DNA of 64,000 bases from Methanobacteriota archaeon (GTDB lineage: Archaea > Thermoplasmatota > Poseidoniia > Poseidoniales > Poseidoniaceae). Both the position numbers and the translations under genes were made by a program. The notes under the pieces were generated by a model. It was not told the DNA's origin and did not search any database. It saw only the letters and a program-made list of their open reading frames with translations. This document shows positions 10,091 through 18,952 of this stretch, in pieces; the first letter of the stretch is position 1, and every line of letters starts with the position of its first letter. Location of the stretch: contig PAJM01000043.1 of NCBI GenBank assembly GCA_002706065.1, positions 1,415 through 65,414 on the forward strand, given 5' to 3'.

Positions 10091-10638
10091 TTGAATCAGC
10101 GACATTCCATGTTATCACGACGGAACTCGTCGTCGGTTCGTTCGCTCTTGCAGGGCTTTGCTTCGTCCTTCATTCGGTCTCCTCATTCAGGAATTCGGAA
10201 AGTAAATTTGTATCCATGATGGATACAACCGCCCACATGGCCCTTCTTTTCGGTCTTCTCGCCTTACCGTTTGCGATCATCTCTGGCATCAATTCCTCGC
10301 CAAGTGGAGCTCACACGTCTCCTCTTCTTGCTAACAAAATGCTTCTCTCTACTGCCGGGGGAGGTCTCGCATTCGGTGTGCTCTATGCGCGATGGAAGAT
10401 GAGTGGTGGTGAATCTCCATCCCATGTTCACAACGCATTTGGTTCGATTTCAACAGGCTGTATGCTTCTTACAGCGTCCCTTGGTGGGTCGTACACGAGA
10501 GGTGACTCACTGACGGAATTTTTACCATTTGTCAAAGAGGATACACTCCTTCTCCCCTCATGGATGAGCATTCTCGTTATCGTGTTGATTCTTGCTGCGC
10601 TCATTTTCCGACAATCTTCAACCATAGAGCATGGATGA
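10087..10638 (+). CDS. Polytopic membrane protein (about 5 TM helices), translationally coupled to upstream gene
   Basis: ATGA start/stop overlap at 10087-10090. Hydrophobic helices: VVGSFALAGLCFVL, MALLFGLLALPFAIISGI, LLSTAGGGLAFGVLY, ISTGCMLLTASLGG, WMSILVIVLILAALIF. His residues lie at helix ends (FHV, LHS, AHM, AHT, HVH). Confidence 0.6.
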   Translation: MIESATFHVITTELVVGSFALAGLCFVLHSVSSFRNSESKFVSMMDTTAHMALLFGLLALPFAIISGINSSPSGAHTSPLLANKMLLSTAGGGLAFGVLYARWKMSGGESPSHVHNAFGSISTGCMLLTASLGGSYTRGDSLTEFLPFVKEDTLLLPSWMSILVIVLILAALIFRQSSTIEHG

Positions 10639-11415
10639 TGGCGATGGTGTTTCGCTTGGTGCTGCTTGGCTAAGGAGCGATTTCAATTGCTCTTCAAGCA
10701 TTTTTGCTTCTTCAAGCAACGGTTGATCGTCCAACTGCGTTGTTGGTAAAATGGAGTTGAGCTTCTTGACGAGTGCAGCAGCAGCACGCGCATCAGGGAA
10801 TCGAGGATCGGCTTCGACCATGACGCTCAAGACATCGATGGCTCTCCTACGAGCTTCACTCAACAAGACCCCATTGATTCCTCGGATAACTCCACTGGTA
10901 AGGAGTGGAACTTCCATGTCGTTGAGCATACCGCAAACGTGGTCTGTGGCACCAATTCCAACAAGATCTGTACCCTCTGTGTCATCATAGTCAACCGTTG
11001 GTTCTTCGATTCCAGAGTTCCCTCCAAGCCCTTCTTTGGAAAAAGCGTCAACCAGAATACCCATACGTATTTTCGAACCTTTCGACCAGTCATACAACGC
11101 CCACACAATGTCATGAACAAGGGGGCTAGGAATGACAAGCTCGCTCATTAAGAGAATGATCTTGTCACAGCCTTCAATATTGCATTCGGGTTTCCCAGCA
11201 TAGGCTCGAATAATTGGCATTGGCTTACCATCGGTAACAAGTGTAAGCGGAGGAAGCCGTGGATCGACAACACCGCCGACAAATTCTAGATCAAGGTTGT
11301 CGATCAAATAGTGTCCTACAACGCTCGATACCATTCCAACACTTGGAAAACAGGTGATAACGAGTGCACCTTCGGTCACAACATCCGCTCGAATCTTGAC
11401 AAGGGTTCCTTCCAT
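10618..11415 (-). CDS. PAC2-family proteasome assembly chaperone (PbaA/PbaB-like)
   Basis: N-terminal LVITCFPSVGMVSSVVGHYLIDNLDLEFVGGV matches the PAC2 signature (GxPxxGxVGxxAxxYLI). Size 265 aa. A paralog lies at 27176..27934. Confidence 0.7.
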   Translation of the reverse strand: MEGTLVKIRADVVTEGALVITCFPSVGMVSSVVGHYLIDNLDLEFVGGVVDPRLPPLTLVTDGKPMPIIRAYAGKPECNIEGCDKIILLMSELVIPSPLVHDIVWALYDWSKGSKIRMGILVDAFSKEGLGGNSGIEEPTVDYDDTEGTDLVGIGATDHVCGMLNDMEVPLLTSGVIRGINGVLLSEARRRAIDVLSVMVEADPRFPDARAAAALVKKLNSILPTTQLDDQPLLEEAKMLEEQLKSLLSQAAPSETPSPSSMLYG

Positions 11416-11495
11416 AACAACAACTCGTCAAGGAGGCATTCAACACTTTCGCCTCCAAGCGTAGGTTTCATGACCTTCAAGAGCGGGGAGCGTTC

Positions 11496-12650
11496 ATGGT
11501 CGAAGAGCGCAAACACAGACTCTCGCCATCGGCGTGGAACCGATACGAAACATGTCCACGCATGTACTGGCTTAGTCGACAGGGATTGCCAAGGAAAACG
11601 GGGATGGCAGCCTCTCTTGGGACAGCAGTCCACGCTTCGATCGAGGATTTACTGCAAATCGATTTGTCAGGTCGCCAGCCCGCAGAATCAGATTGGATGT
11701 TGACAGAGGCCGATGCTTTACTACGAAACCGTTGGGAAGAAGAAAAGCAAATTTTCCATGACACACCACGTCATCCAAACTGGAAAGAGGACAAATACAG
11801 AGAAGCTCAGAAGCAGCAAAAGGGCGCCATCAATATGCTTCTTGAGCATGTTGGAGTGCAAGGATTAGCGCATGAGTGTATTACCATCGCGCTCTGGAAA
11901 AAGATACAATCTCTTGTGATTGCTGTTGAGGGTGAATTGGTTACCAAAGATGGCCATTTGATGGGCCGACTGGACTTGTTGCTTGCGAATGTGGATGATT
12001 CAGGAAAACTCACTGGCTGGTTGGTTGCGGATTTGAAAACAGGCAAACCCCCTCAAGGAAAACTCAAGCCTGAAGTCAACCGACAATTGAGGATGTATCG
12101 GGATATTCTTCTCTCGAACAATACGAATGCACCTCCTGTTCAGGCCCAAGGCTGGTATACGGATACATCATCCAAATGGGATGCAAAAGGAGACAACGTA
12201 CTCGATGCAGCCTACGAGGCATGGAATGCGACAAAACCATCTGAGACGCCCCTCGATCCAACCCCCGGAAAGTCATCTTGCGGCGGATTTTGCGATTGGA
12301 AAGCATGGTGTCCTCACTGGTGGAATTGGAGGCATCAGAACAAGTCGCTTCACAAAGGTGATTTTGCAGACGGTGTTGTGATCCTCCACCAGTATGACGA
12401 GGGGCGTTCGAGGGCAACCGTTGAGGAATGCATACCGCGAAATGAATTTGGAGATGTTGAACCGTCAGGACAAATGCGCGACGTTACCTTTGATGGTCGC
12501 GGGAAAGAAGTTCTTGAATCGCTCTTGGACGATGGTCATCGAGGTCCGATTTTCCTCGGAAGTGCAATGATGAATCGAGATGTATGGCGCGTTGGCCCAT
12601 GGTGCGATGTCCTGCCTTGGGCCCCTATTCCCGATTCAGGTAGTCTTTGA
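11496..12650 (+). CDS. PD-(D/E)XK nuclease, Cas4/RecB-like, with 4-Cys cluster and ~100-aa C-terminal extension
   Basis: N-terminal LSPSAWNRYETCPRMYWL. GRLDLLL...LVADLKTGKP (D...D-x-K). RQLRMYRDIL (QxxxY-like). C-terminal CGGFCDWKAWC. GGGGAG lies upstream of ATG 11496. Confidence 0.75.
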   Translation: MVEERKHRLSPSAWNRYETCPRMYWLSRQGLPRKTGMAASLGTAVHASIEDLLQIDLSGRQPAESDWMLTEADALLRNRWEEEKQIFHDTPRHPNWKEDKYREAQKQQKGAINMLLEHVGVQGLAHECITIALWKKIQSLVIAVEGELVTKDGHLMGRLDLLLANVDDSGKLTGWLVADLKTGKPPQGKLKPEVNRQLRMYRDILLSNNTNAPPVQAQGWYTDTSSKWDAKGDNVLDAAYEAWNATKPSETPLDPTPGKSSCGGFCDWKAWCPHWWNWRHQNKSLHKGDFADGVVILHQYDEGRSRATVEECIPRNEFGDVEPSGQMRDVTFDGRGKEVLESLLDDGHRGPIFLGSAMMNRDVWRVGPWCDVLPWAPIPDSGSL

Positions 12651-13440
12651 TGTTCTGAACAGCATCCGCATCCTCGATACCATTGGGCGAAAGCAGCCAT
12701 TGCAGATAGCGAGGATCAAGTTGAGTTAATTCTTCCAGGTGGCGTCCTTTGTGTCGGCCAACTGCTAGGATCATATGCCCATCATCTCTTCGAACCATAC
12801 CGTTTGGGTCTACAAGTTCTAAATCATCCAGCTGTGGGCCCAGGTCAGACTGAATCTTTGAGGTTGAGCCCGTTGCACACCATTGTTCTACTTCTTCCAA
12901 TGATTTGCGAAAATAACTCGGATGGTCGAGCCCCAATTTCCAGAGAAGCAGCAAACATGCTGCAGCATCTGCAGATGCAGTGTGAGCATTTTCAAGAGAA
13001 ATGCCATGTCGGTTGCACTGCGCTCCAAGTCGATGTGGCCGGGGTAGTTTGAGTCGACGGACCATCTCCAGTGTGTCCAGAACTGCTTTTGGTTCAGGGG
13101 GAAGAGCTCCGATTCTCAAGAATTCATTGCGGAGCATTGGAAGGTCAAATTGCCGCACGTTGTGGCCGATGAGAACGGAACCATCGATCAATTCTGAAAT
13201 ACGATCAGCAATTTCTGAAAAATCAGGCTGTCCTCGAACATCAGCATCAGAAATTCCATGGATTCGTTGAGAATCGTAAGGAATAGGTCGACGAGGGTTG
13301 ACCAATTGGTCATAGGAAATTTCTGAACCGTCAGCATCAGAACCGATGAGAGCCAACTGAACAATTCGGTCTCGCGAGGTACTAACGCCGGTCGTCTCTA
13401 AATCGAAAGCGAGAACTCGTTCGCCTTCTAGAAGTTCCAT
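12625..13440 (-). CDS. DnaQ-like DEDDh 3'-5' exonuclease with DUF3820-like C-terminal domain
   Basis: Exo I LAFDLETTG. Exo II LIGHNVRQFDLPML. Exo III HTASADAAA. C-terminal GRHKGRHLEELTQLDPRYLQWLL. Confidence 0.85.
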   Translation of the reverse strand: MELLEGERVLAFDLETTGVSTSRDRIVQLALIGSDADGSEISYDQLVNPRRPIPYDSQRIHGISDADVRGQPDFSEIADRISELIDGSVLIGHNVRQFDLPMLRNEFLRIGALPPEPKAVLDTLEMVRRLKLPRPHRLGAQCNRHGISLENAHTASADAAACLLLLWKLGLDHPSYFRKSLEEVEQWCATGSTSKIQSDLGPQLDDLELVDPNGMVRRDDGHMILAVGRHKGRHLEELTQLDPRYLQWLLSPNGIEDADAVQNIKDYLNRE

Positions 13441-13542
13441 GATTAAGCCTAATCAGGTGTGATTCAAGAACTATCGCCTAAACCATGTTGTTCAAGCAAA
13501 ACCTTCACTCAGATTAAAGAAGACCGTTCTGCACCATCAATT

Positions 13543-13917
13543 ATGGGTTTCTTCCGTCGATTTTTTTCAAAAGGCAACACTGGCACCGAGAAAGAAGATC
13601 AACCCATGGAGGAAGACACCATGCTTTCTACTCTCCAAGACCAGTATCAGCGAGATATTGAAGAAGACGTCTCTTCTATTCAATCGATTCTTGGTGATGA
13701 GGAGGACCAACCAGAACCGTTGGTCGCCTTACCCGCCCCTGATTATGATGAGCATGATGCTTCGGTAGATGATGTCTTGAAGGATTCGGAAATGGGAAAT
13801 TTTTCTGAAAAAAACGTTGTCGAACACAGCTCAGTCGAAGAACTGGGGAATCACTTGGAATCAGCACCGGTTATGGGCGATCTTCCTTCCGAAGTATCCT
13901 TTGATTCGAAGGAGTAG
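13543..13917 (+). CDS. Hypothetical acidic protein
   Basis: ORF 13459..13917. I prefer ATG 13543 (MGFFRRFFSKG) over GTG 13459. The sequence is Asp/Glu-rich and no motif was recognised. Confidence 0.4.
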   Translation: MGFFRRFFSKGNTGTEKEDQPMEEDTMLSTLQDQYQRDIEEDVSSIQSILGDEEDQPEPLVALPAPDYDEHDASVDDVLKDSEMGNFSEKNVVEHSSVEELGNHLESAPVMGDLPSEVSFDSKE

Positions 13918-13992
13918 ACGACCGTTCGAATCAATCAAGAAATGCTCAGAACGACAACATGGTTAGATATAGGGCGAGATTGAGGGTGAGGT

Positions 13993-15168
13993 ATGCAAGA
14001 GAAAATGTTACGGTTGCGTGGACTGTTTCTCACTGCAGTCTTACTGACTGTTTCGCTTGCAGGCTGCCTCGGCGCACTTGATTCGTCAACCAAGCCTCGT
14101 GCAACATTGGAGGTTTACCCTCTCCTCATTCAAGAGGGAGAAATGGTCACGTTTGATGCCCGTGATTCGGATGCAATTGAAGGCATCATCACTGCATATC
14201 GTTGGGATTTTGGTGATGGCGAAAAGGCAGAGACAGTAACAGGCTTCACCTCACACATTTACGATTTTTATGGTGCGTACACGGTCTCTCTTGAGGTTGA
14301 AAACGATCAAGGCGGTATCGATGAAGCATTCACGATTGTGACCGTGAATGGTGCTCCAACAATTCAACTTACGTACCCAGAAAACCCGCGTGCTGGTGAC
14401 GCTGTGCTTCTCGATGCCTCGTCTTCAAGCGATCCCGAGTCTGGCCAGTTGTCGTTCCAATGGGACCTGGACTGGGCAACAGATTCAGATGGCGACGGAG
14501 ACGGCAGGAACGATATCGACTCAACCGAGCCACAAACATTGCTCATGACCAATACAAGCGGACTTTACGCTGGTTCACTAACCATCGATGATGGACAAGG
14601 CGGTGTTGTAACAGAAGTGTTTGAGATCAATGTTTCAGCACGACAATTCAATATTGAATGGAAGGAACGCGTCGTCCAACAATCTTGGTCTGATTATTTG
14701 GACGAGGGAGAGGAATGGACTGAGGAAATCATTCCCGGTCAGCAAGGCCGTATTCTCTCATTCGAAGCAATTCTAGAACTCGAGAATGATATTATCCAAC
14801 CATACGACAATTTCTCACTGGTCATTTCTATCCCTGGCGACGGATTCAAGGAAGAAGCAGAAACGGAGGGTGGCAACATTACACAATCTGAAAATGCAAA
14901 AGCGACCATCGTAGCGAACGATCTCAATTCGAAGGGATTGAACGAAGTGATTGAAGCCGATTCTGAAGAAATGGTCTTGCAGATGATTCTCGATAGGCCT
15001 GGACAAAACTTTGGTCAGAGCCCATGGGCCCTCTTTGTGCGAGCGATTCAAACAAATCCCGACTCAACCGTCGAATTGCTTCCAGATCCAGACCCTGGTA
15101 ACGATTGGACGTTGACGCTCCGTATTGTCATACACGAGCCAATCATTACAGAGATTGCATTTGAGTAA
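13993..15168 (+). CDS. Lipoprotein-like secreted protein with two PKD domains
   Basis: Signal peptide plus lipobox LTVSLAGCLG. PKD signatures: FDARDSDAIEGIITAYRWDFGDGE...YTVSLEVENDQGG and LDASSSSDPESGQLSFQWDLDW...GSLTIDDGQGG. Confidence 0.8.
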   Translation: MQEKMLRLRGLFLTAVLLTVSLAGCLGALDSSTKPRATLEVYPLLIQEGEMVTFDARDSDAIEGIITAYRWDFGDGEKAETVTGFTSHIYDFYGAYTVSLEVENDQGGIDEAFTIVTVNGAPTIQLTYPENPRAGDAVLLDASSSSDPESGQLSFQWDLDWATDSDGDGDGRNDIDSTEPQTLLMTNTSGLYAGSLTIDDGQGGVVTEVFEINVSARQFNIEWKERVVQQSWSDYLDEGEEWTEEIIPGQQGRILSFEAILELENDIIQPYDNFSLVISIPGDGFKEEAETEGGNITQSENAKATIVANDLNSKGLNEVIEADSEEMVLQMILDRPGQNFGQSPWALFVRAIQTNPDSTVELLPDPDPGNDWTLTLRIVIHEPIITEIAFE

Positions 15169-15209
15169 GATTCGACGAAAAGGGTTTGAATGGTCAATGA
15201 CTGGAAGGA

Positions 15210-15572
15210 ATGAGCGGCATGGTTGAGTCAGTAGAAATCAGTCGAGTCAATATCCGAGATACACTTTCGCTCGATATTTCTGTTTGGATGAATCATCCGG
15301 ACGATATGGACTTCAGACCATCGCTTTCATGCAAAGGGAACATGTTTACAATTTCATCGATATCATCAGGAGACTCTCTTGCAAGCGTTGAGTTGGATGA
15401 CGAACAAATGCAAGCCCTCGAAGCATCGTTAACCGCCGAACTACGTGTCAAATTTCAAGTTCATGGTATGCACGGCCGATTGAACAAAATTGCTCCTATC
15501 ATTGCAGATGGTAAGGCAAAGAAACTCGCTACGGCAAATTGGAAGACCGTTCAACCAGTCTCGATGGAATAG
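15210..15572 (+). CDS. Hypothetical protein
   Basis: 120-aa ORF in a co-directional gene string. No motif recognised. Confidence 0.4.
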   Translation: MSGMVESVEISRVNIRDTLSLDISVWMNHPDDMDFRPSLSCKGNMFTISSISSGDSLASVELDDEQMQALEASLTAELRVKFQVHGMHGRLNKIAPIIADGKAKKLATANWKTVQPVSME

Positions 15573-15620
15573 GGATTCCCCCCATTTCTTTGATAAGCGT
15601 AAACGTCAACATTCTCGTTT

Positions 15621-15911
15621 ATGTCACCACGTAGACTCGGAAAAGGTTCTCAGAAGAAGGTGGGTTTTGAGCGATTGAAGGCAGAAATAATGCGATTTGT
15701 AACGGCGAACCCCGGTTGTTCTGCCCAATCAATTGTCGCTAATTTAGCTCACGACCGCACCATGCGAAATCATGGATTAACACCGAGAAAAATCGGTTTC
15801 TTCATTCCAAGGCATCTCGCTGACAAGCTCACTTGGTGGCAGGATCACCGTGCAGGCCGTCGCGTATATGGTTGCCTTGAGGAAGACGAAATCGGTTCTG
15901 GACCGTTTTAA
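15621..15911 (+). CDS. Hypothetical small basic protein (possible winged-helix)
   Basis: 96-aa ORF. MRFVTANPGCSAQSIVANLAHD resembles an HTH segment, but this is a weak call. Confidence 0.35.
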   Translation: MSPRRLGKGSQKKVGFERLKAEIMRFVTANPGCSAQSIVANLAHDRTMRNHGLTPRKIGFFIPRHLADKLTWWQDHRAGRRVYGCLEEDEIGSGPF

Positions 15912-15929
15912 TGCAGGTTCGTCCTTTAA

Positions 15930-16721
15930 GTGCAGTACATGTTTAGTCACTCCATGGACTACGATTCAATGACATTGTTGGATTTGAAGAAAATATGTAA
16001 AGAACGCGGGCTAAGAGTTGGCGGAAAAAAGGACGAGGTCATCATTCGCCTCATGGAATACGACGAATCCCTTGGTGGCGGAGCAGCATGGCAAACGACT
16101 CCAGTCACAGTCGCCGGGGGCGTGGCATTCAATCCACAACAAAACACACAATTCGTTGTCATCGGAAACAGCAATTCAGGACTGGCTTCTACCATGGGTA
16201 CGTTCATTCTTATCTTTGGTATTTTCCGAATCGGTATCGTCTTTTTCCTAGGAATGTTTTGGGACGATTTCATGGGCCAATACGTTATTGAATCAATCCT
16301 TGCGTTCCTCATTGGGATATCGTACGTCTTTGGAGGAATGATGATCATGGCAGGTTATCGAAACGGTGTCTTTTTGGTTCTGGGAACATTGGTCTTTTCT
16401 GGATTGTTATCGTTCGTGTATAGCGATGAGTGGAGCCCATTGTCCATCGGCATGGATGGCTTTACTGCACCAGCATACACCTTCTTTTGCTCAGCATTCT
16501 GCATGATTTTAACCGCACTACCACTCTTGGTAGCGCCACAAGATCTCAAAGATGGATGGCCGGAAGGAGTCCAGCGAATGATCGACAGTAAAACCACCTC
16601 AACAAAGAATCCCGAAAAGAAGAAGGTTCGGTGCACAAGTTGCAAGCAACCTCTTCGAGTTCCTAACGATTTCAAAGGAAAGGTACGATGCCCATCATGC
16701 GAAGCCGTATTGGAAATCTGA
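15930..16721 (+). CDS. SAP-domain / multi-TM / C-terminal zinc-ribbon membrane protein
   Basis: SAP consensus LLDLKKICKERGLRVGGKKDEVIIRLMEY. About 5 hydrophobic helices. C-terminal CTSCKQPL...CPSCEAVL. Start is either GTG 15930 or ATG 15939. Confidence 0.65.
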   Translation: MQYMFSHSMDYDSMTLLDLKKICKERGLRVGGKKDEVIIRLMEYDESLGGGAAWQTTPVTVAGGVAFNPQQNTQFVVIGNSNSGLASTMGTFILIFGIFRIGIVFFLGMFWDDFMGQYVIESILAFLIGISYVFGGMMIMAGYRNGVFLVLGTLVFSGLLSFVYSDEWSPLSIGMDGFTAPAYTFFCSAFCMILTALPLLVAPQDLKDGWPEGVQRMIDSKTTSTKNPEKKKVRCTSCKQPLRVPNDFKGKVRCPSCEAVLEI

Positions 16722-16765
16722 ATCTTACGTTGATGCTTCAACGATATGTTTCGAAGCGCGACGAA

Positions 16766-18868
16766 TCATTCGGAGAGGTGCTTTGCCATCTCTCGCCGTG
16801 TTTCCTCAGGATCGATGAACATCGCACCAAGAATCACGACCGTTTCTAGGACTGCAGCGATGTAAAACAGTGTCGAATAATCGAACCGTGCAGCCAACGG
16901 GGCAGTCAGTTGATAGCCAATAATTGCTGAAAGGTTCATCATGGCCATGTACCCTGTGAATTGTGTACCTCCAACCTCAGTCCACGTAATCCGCATCATC
17001 AGTGAGTAGATGTTGATGGATACCATGGCCCAAACAAACGTCTGAAGACTCCAAACGGTCATCATGAACAGCCCGTTGCTCCATAACGATTCATTCATGC
17101 CCCAGAATGTTGTGATGAGTGCAGTTGAAAAGGCAGAATAAATGATGATGGCCTTACCACCAAACAGTTTTCCTAATTGTCCACCAGCCATGTATCCGAG
17201 CATTGTGACAATGAGTATAACTCCACCCTTCGTTGCATTAAATTGCTCTTCCGTCCATCCTAATTCGCGTACGAACAACAACGGCAACACGGGAATAAGG
17301 AAGAAAGAAAGGGACATGACCAAACTCAAGAGGATACCAAGTTGAGCTGAACGGAACGAAAAGGCAATCTTGATTTTGTTGAAAATTTCCGTGAAATTCG
17401 TTTGCTCTGGAACATCCATGGTTTTGTTCCGTGCCGTAGACTCGCTCCATGGATACAATTTTTCTCCTGGTCGCTCGGTCATGAACAATGGCACAAGCAT
17501 TATCACAATGAGAATAGGGATCTGGAGGACGATTGCGCCCTTGATTCCGACAAATCCAATGATCGTTCCAAGACCAGCGCCACCAATAATTCCACCAACG
17601 GCCTTTGAGGTGAACATGTAACTGTTGACTTTCTCAAATTCATGTGGCTCCAAGACATCGACTGCAAGCGCATCAGTGCTGACATCCTGCAAGGCAGTGA
17701 ACACATTGTAAACCAAGAACATGATTCCAACAAGGGTGACATTTGACGACATATTCGGGATTAAGAGCATTGAACTTAGAACAACAATCATGCCGCTCTG
17801 GGCAATGAGAATCCACGGTCTGCGTTTTCCCATTTCTGGAAATTGATATCGATCAATAATCGGGCCCCACAGAAATTTAACAGACCAAGGAAGTGTTCCT
17901 AAGGTCAATAAAAATGCCAACTGGCCCGCAGAAACTCCTTCAACCGCAAGGTAGGTCACGAACGTTACTGTGATGAAGCCCCATGGGATTCCTTGAGCCA
18001 CGTATAGGGCGCAAAGGGTTAGGACTCGGGCACGATAACTCTCAACCAAAGTGTTGCCCTTTTCTTGCGAAGGAGCGGTCGATTCAACGCTCGTCTCCTC
18101 TTCCAAAATAACACCCAAGTGGTAGCGTTCTTTTCGAGTCACGAGATAGCCAAGCAATACAAACATTCCAACAAACCATGGGGTAAACAGAGCAATGGAG
18201 ACGGCTCCTTCTCCAACCGACAACGCAGCTGTACTTTCACTACCGATGACCTCCAAGTCAACGACAAGAAGAGAAACTGTACTTGTCACCTCTTCGCCAT
18301 CATCTGTGTGCGTGCAGACCTCTCCATTGTAAGCATCTGCATCGACAAGAATGTTCAGATTGTAGATGCCATATGCATCGTCTCCCGCATCGATTTGATT
18401 CAGAATATCGTCCTTTGACATCCCTGAAATATTGTCCATTTCGAGTAAGGATTGGTTGTGCCAAGTGAGGTTGACAGTATGAGAACCGGGATTGAATTCA
18501 CTCTGTGTAAGCGACCAATCGTTCTTTGTAATGGTCCCATAAATGAGATCAGGAACATTGTTTTCCAAACCTGTGCAAAAGCCCAAGTTTGCGGACTCAT
18601 CTTCGTTGGGGTAGTCGAGGATCATCGAAAGACCAACGATCACTCCACCAGCGTCCCTGACTTGTTGTTCGACTGTGTCAGAAGTCAACTCCCAGGATAC
18701 TTGCTCATCATCAACGTAGTATTCTGTTTTTGTTTCAAGCGGAATTTCGGCCCACGTCGCACTGACTGAGTAAGTCCCCCCCGTCGATTCTGGTTCGTTT
18801 CCACTTAAACAGCCAGTGAGTGGAAGCGCAAGCAATGTGACGAGAACCAACGCCACCATTCGCTGCAT
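16766..18868 (-). CDS. MFS transporter of the PAT/AmpG-like family fused to an N-terminal ~230-aa lipoprotein-like ectodomain
   Basis: Signal peptide plus lipobox LALPLTGCLSG. AmpG-type motif LPWSVKFLWGPIIDRY...GKRRPWIL. About 12 further hydrophobic helices. Confidence 0.7.
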   Translation of the reverse strand: MQRMVALVLVTLLALPLTGCLSGNEPESTGGTYSVSATWAEIPLETKTEYYVDDEQVSWELTSDTVEQQVRDAGGVIVGLSMILDYPNEDESANLGFCTGLENNVPDLIYGTITKNDWSLTQSEFNPGSHTVNLTWHNQSLLEMDNISGMSKDDILNQIDAGDDAYGIYNLNILVDADAYNGEVCTHTDDGEEVTSTVSLLVVDLEVIGSESTAALSVGEGAVSIALFTPWFVGMFVLLGYLVTRKERYHLGVILEEETSVESTAPSQEKGNTLVESYRARVLTLCALYVAQGIPWGFITVTFVTYLAVEGVSAGQLAFLLTLGTLPWSVKFLWGPIIDRYQFPEMGKRRPWILIAQSGMIVVLSSMLLIPNMSSNVTLVGIMFLVYNVFTALQDVSTDALAVDVLEPHEFEKVNSYMFTSKAVGGIIGGAGLGTIIGFVGIKGAIVLQIPILIVIMLVPLFMTERPGEKLYPWSESTARNKTMDVPEQTNFTEIFNKIKIAFSFRSAQLGILLSLVMSLSFFLIPVLPLLFVRELGWTEEQFNATKGGVILIVTMLGYMAGGQLGKLFGGKAIIIYSAFSTALITTFWGMNESLWSNGLFMMTVWSLQTFVWAMVSINIYSLMMRITWTEVGGTQFTGYMAMMNLSAIIGYQLTAPLAARFDYSTLFYIAAVLETVVILGAMFIDPEETRREMAKHLSE

Positions 18869-18952
18869 GACCTATGCCTCAACATCGCTTGATTTCAACA
18901 TTCGGTGGATTTGAACCGACGACCTCTTCAATCGATTTCATCTCCCCACTTC

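Noticed and set aside
18905-18935. tRNA-like fragment ggtggatttgaaccgacgacc (reverse complement GGTCGTCGGTTCAAATCCACC), a possible att remnant or tRNA gene
   Set aside because: The T-stem does not pair (GTCGG against CCACC) and I found no complementary acceptor strand or anticodon arm upstream. It does not repeat the 3' end of the tRNA-Arg at 20548-20624. No integrase is nearby.
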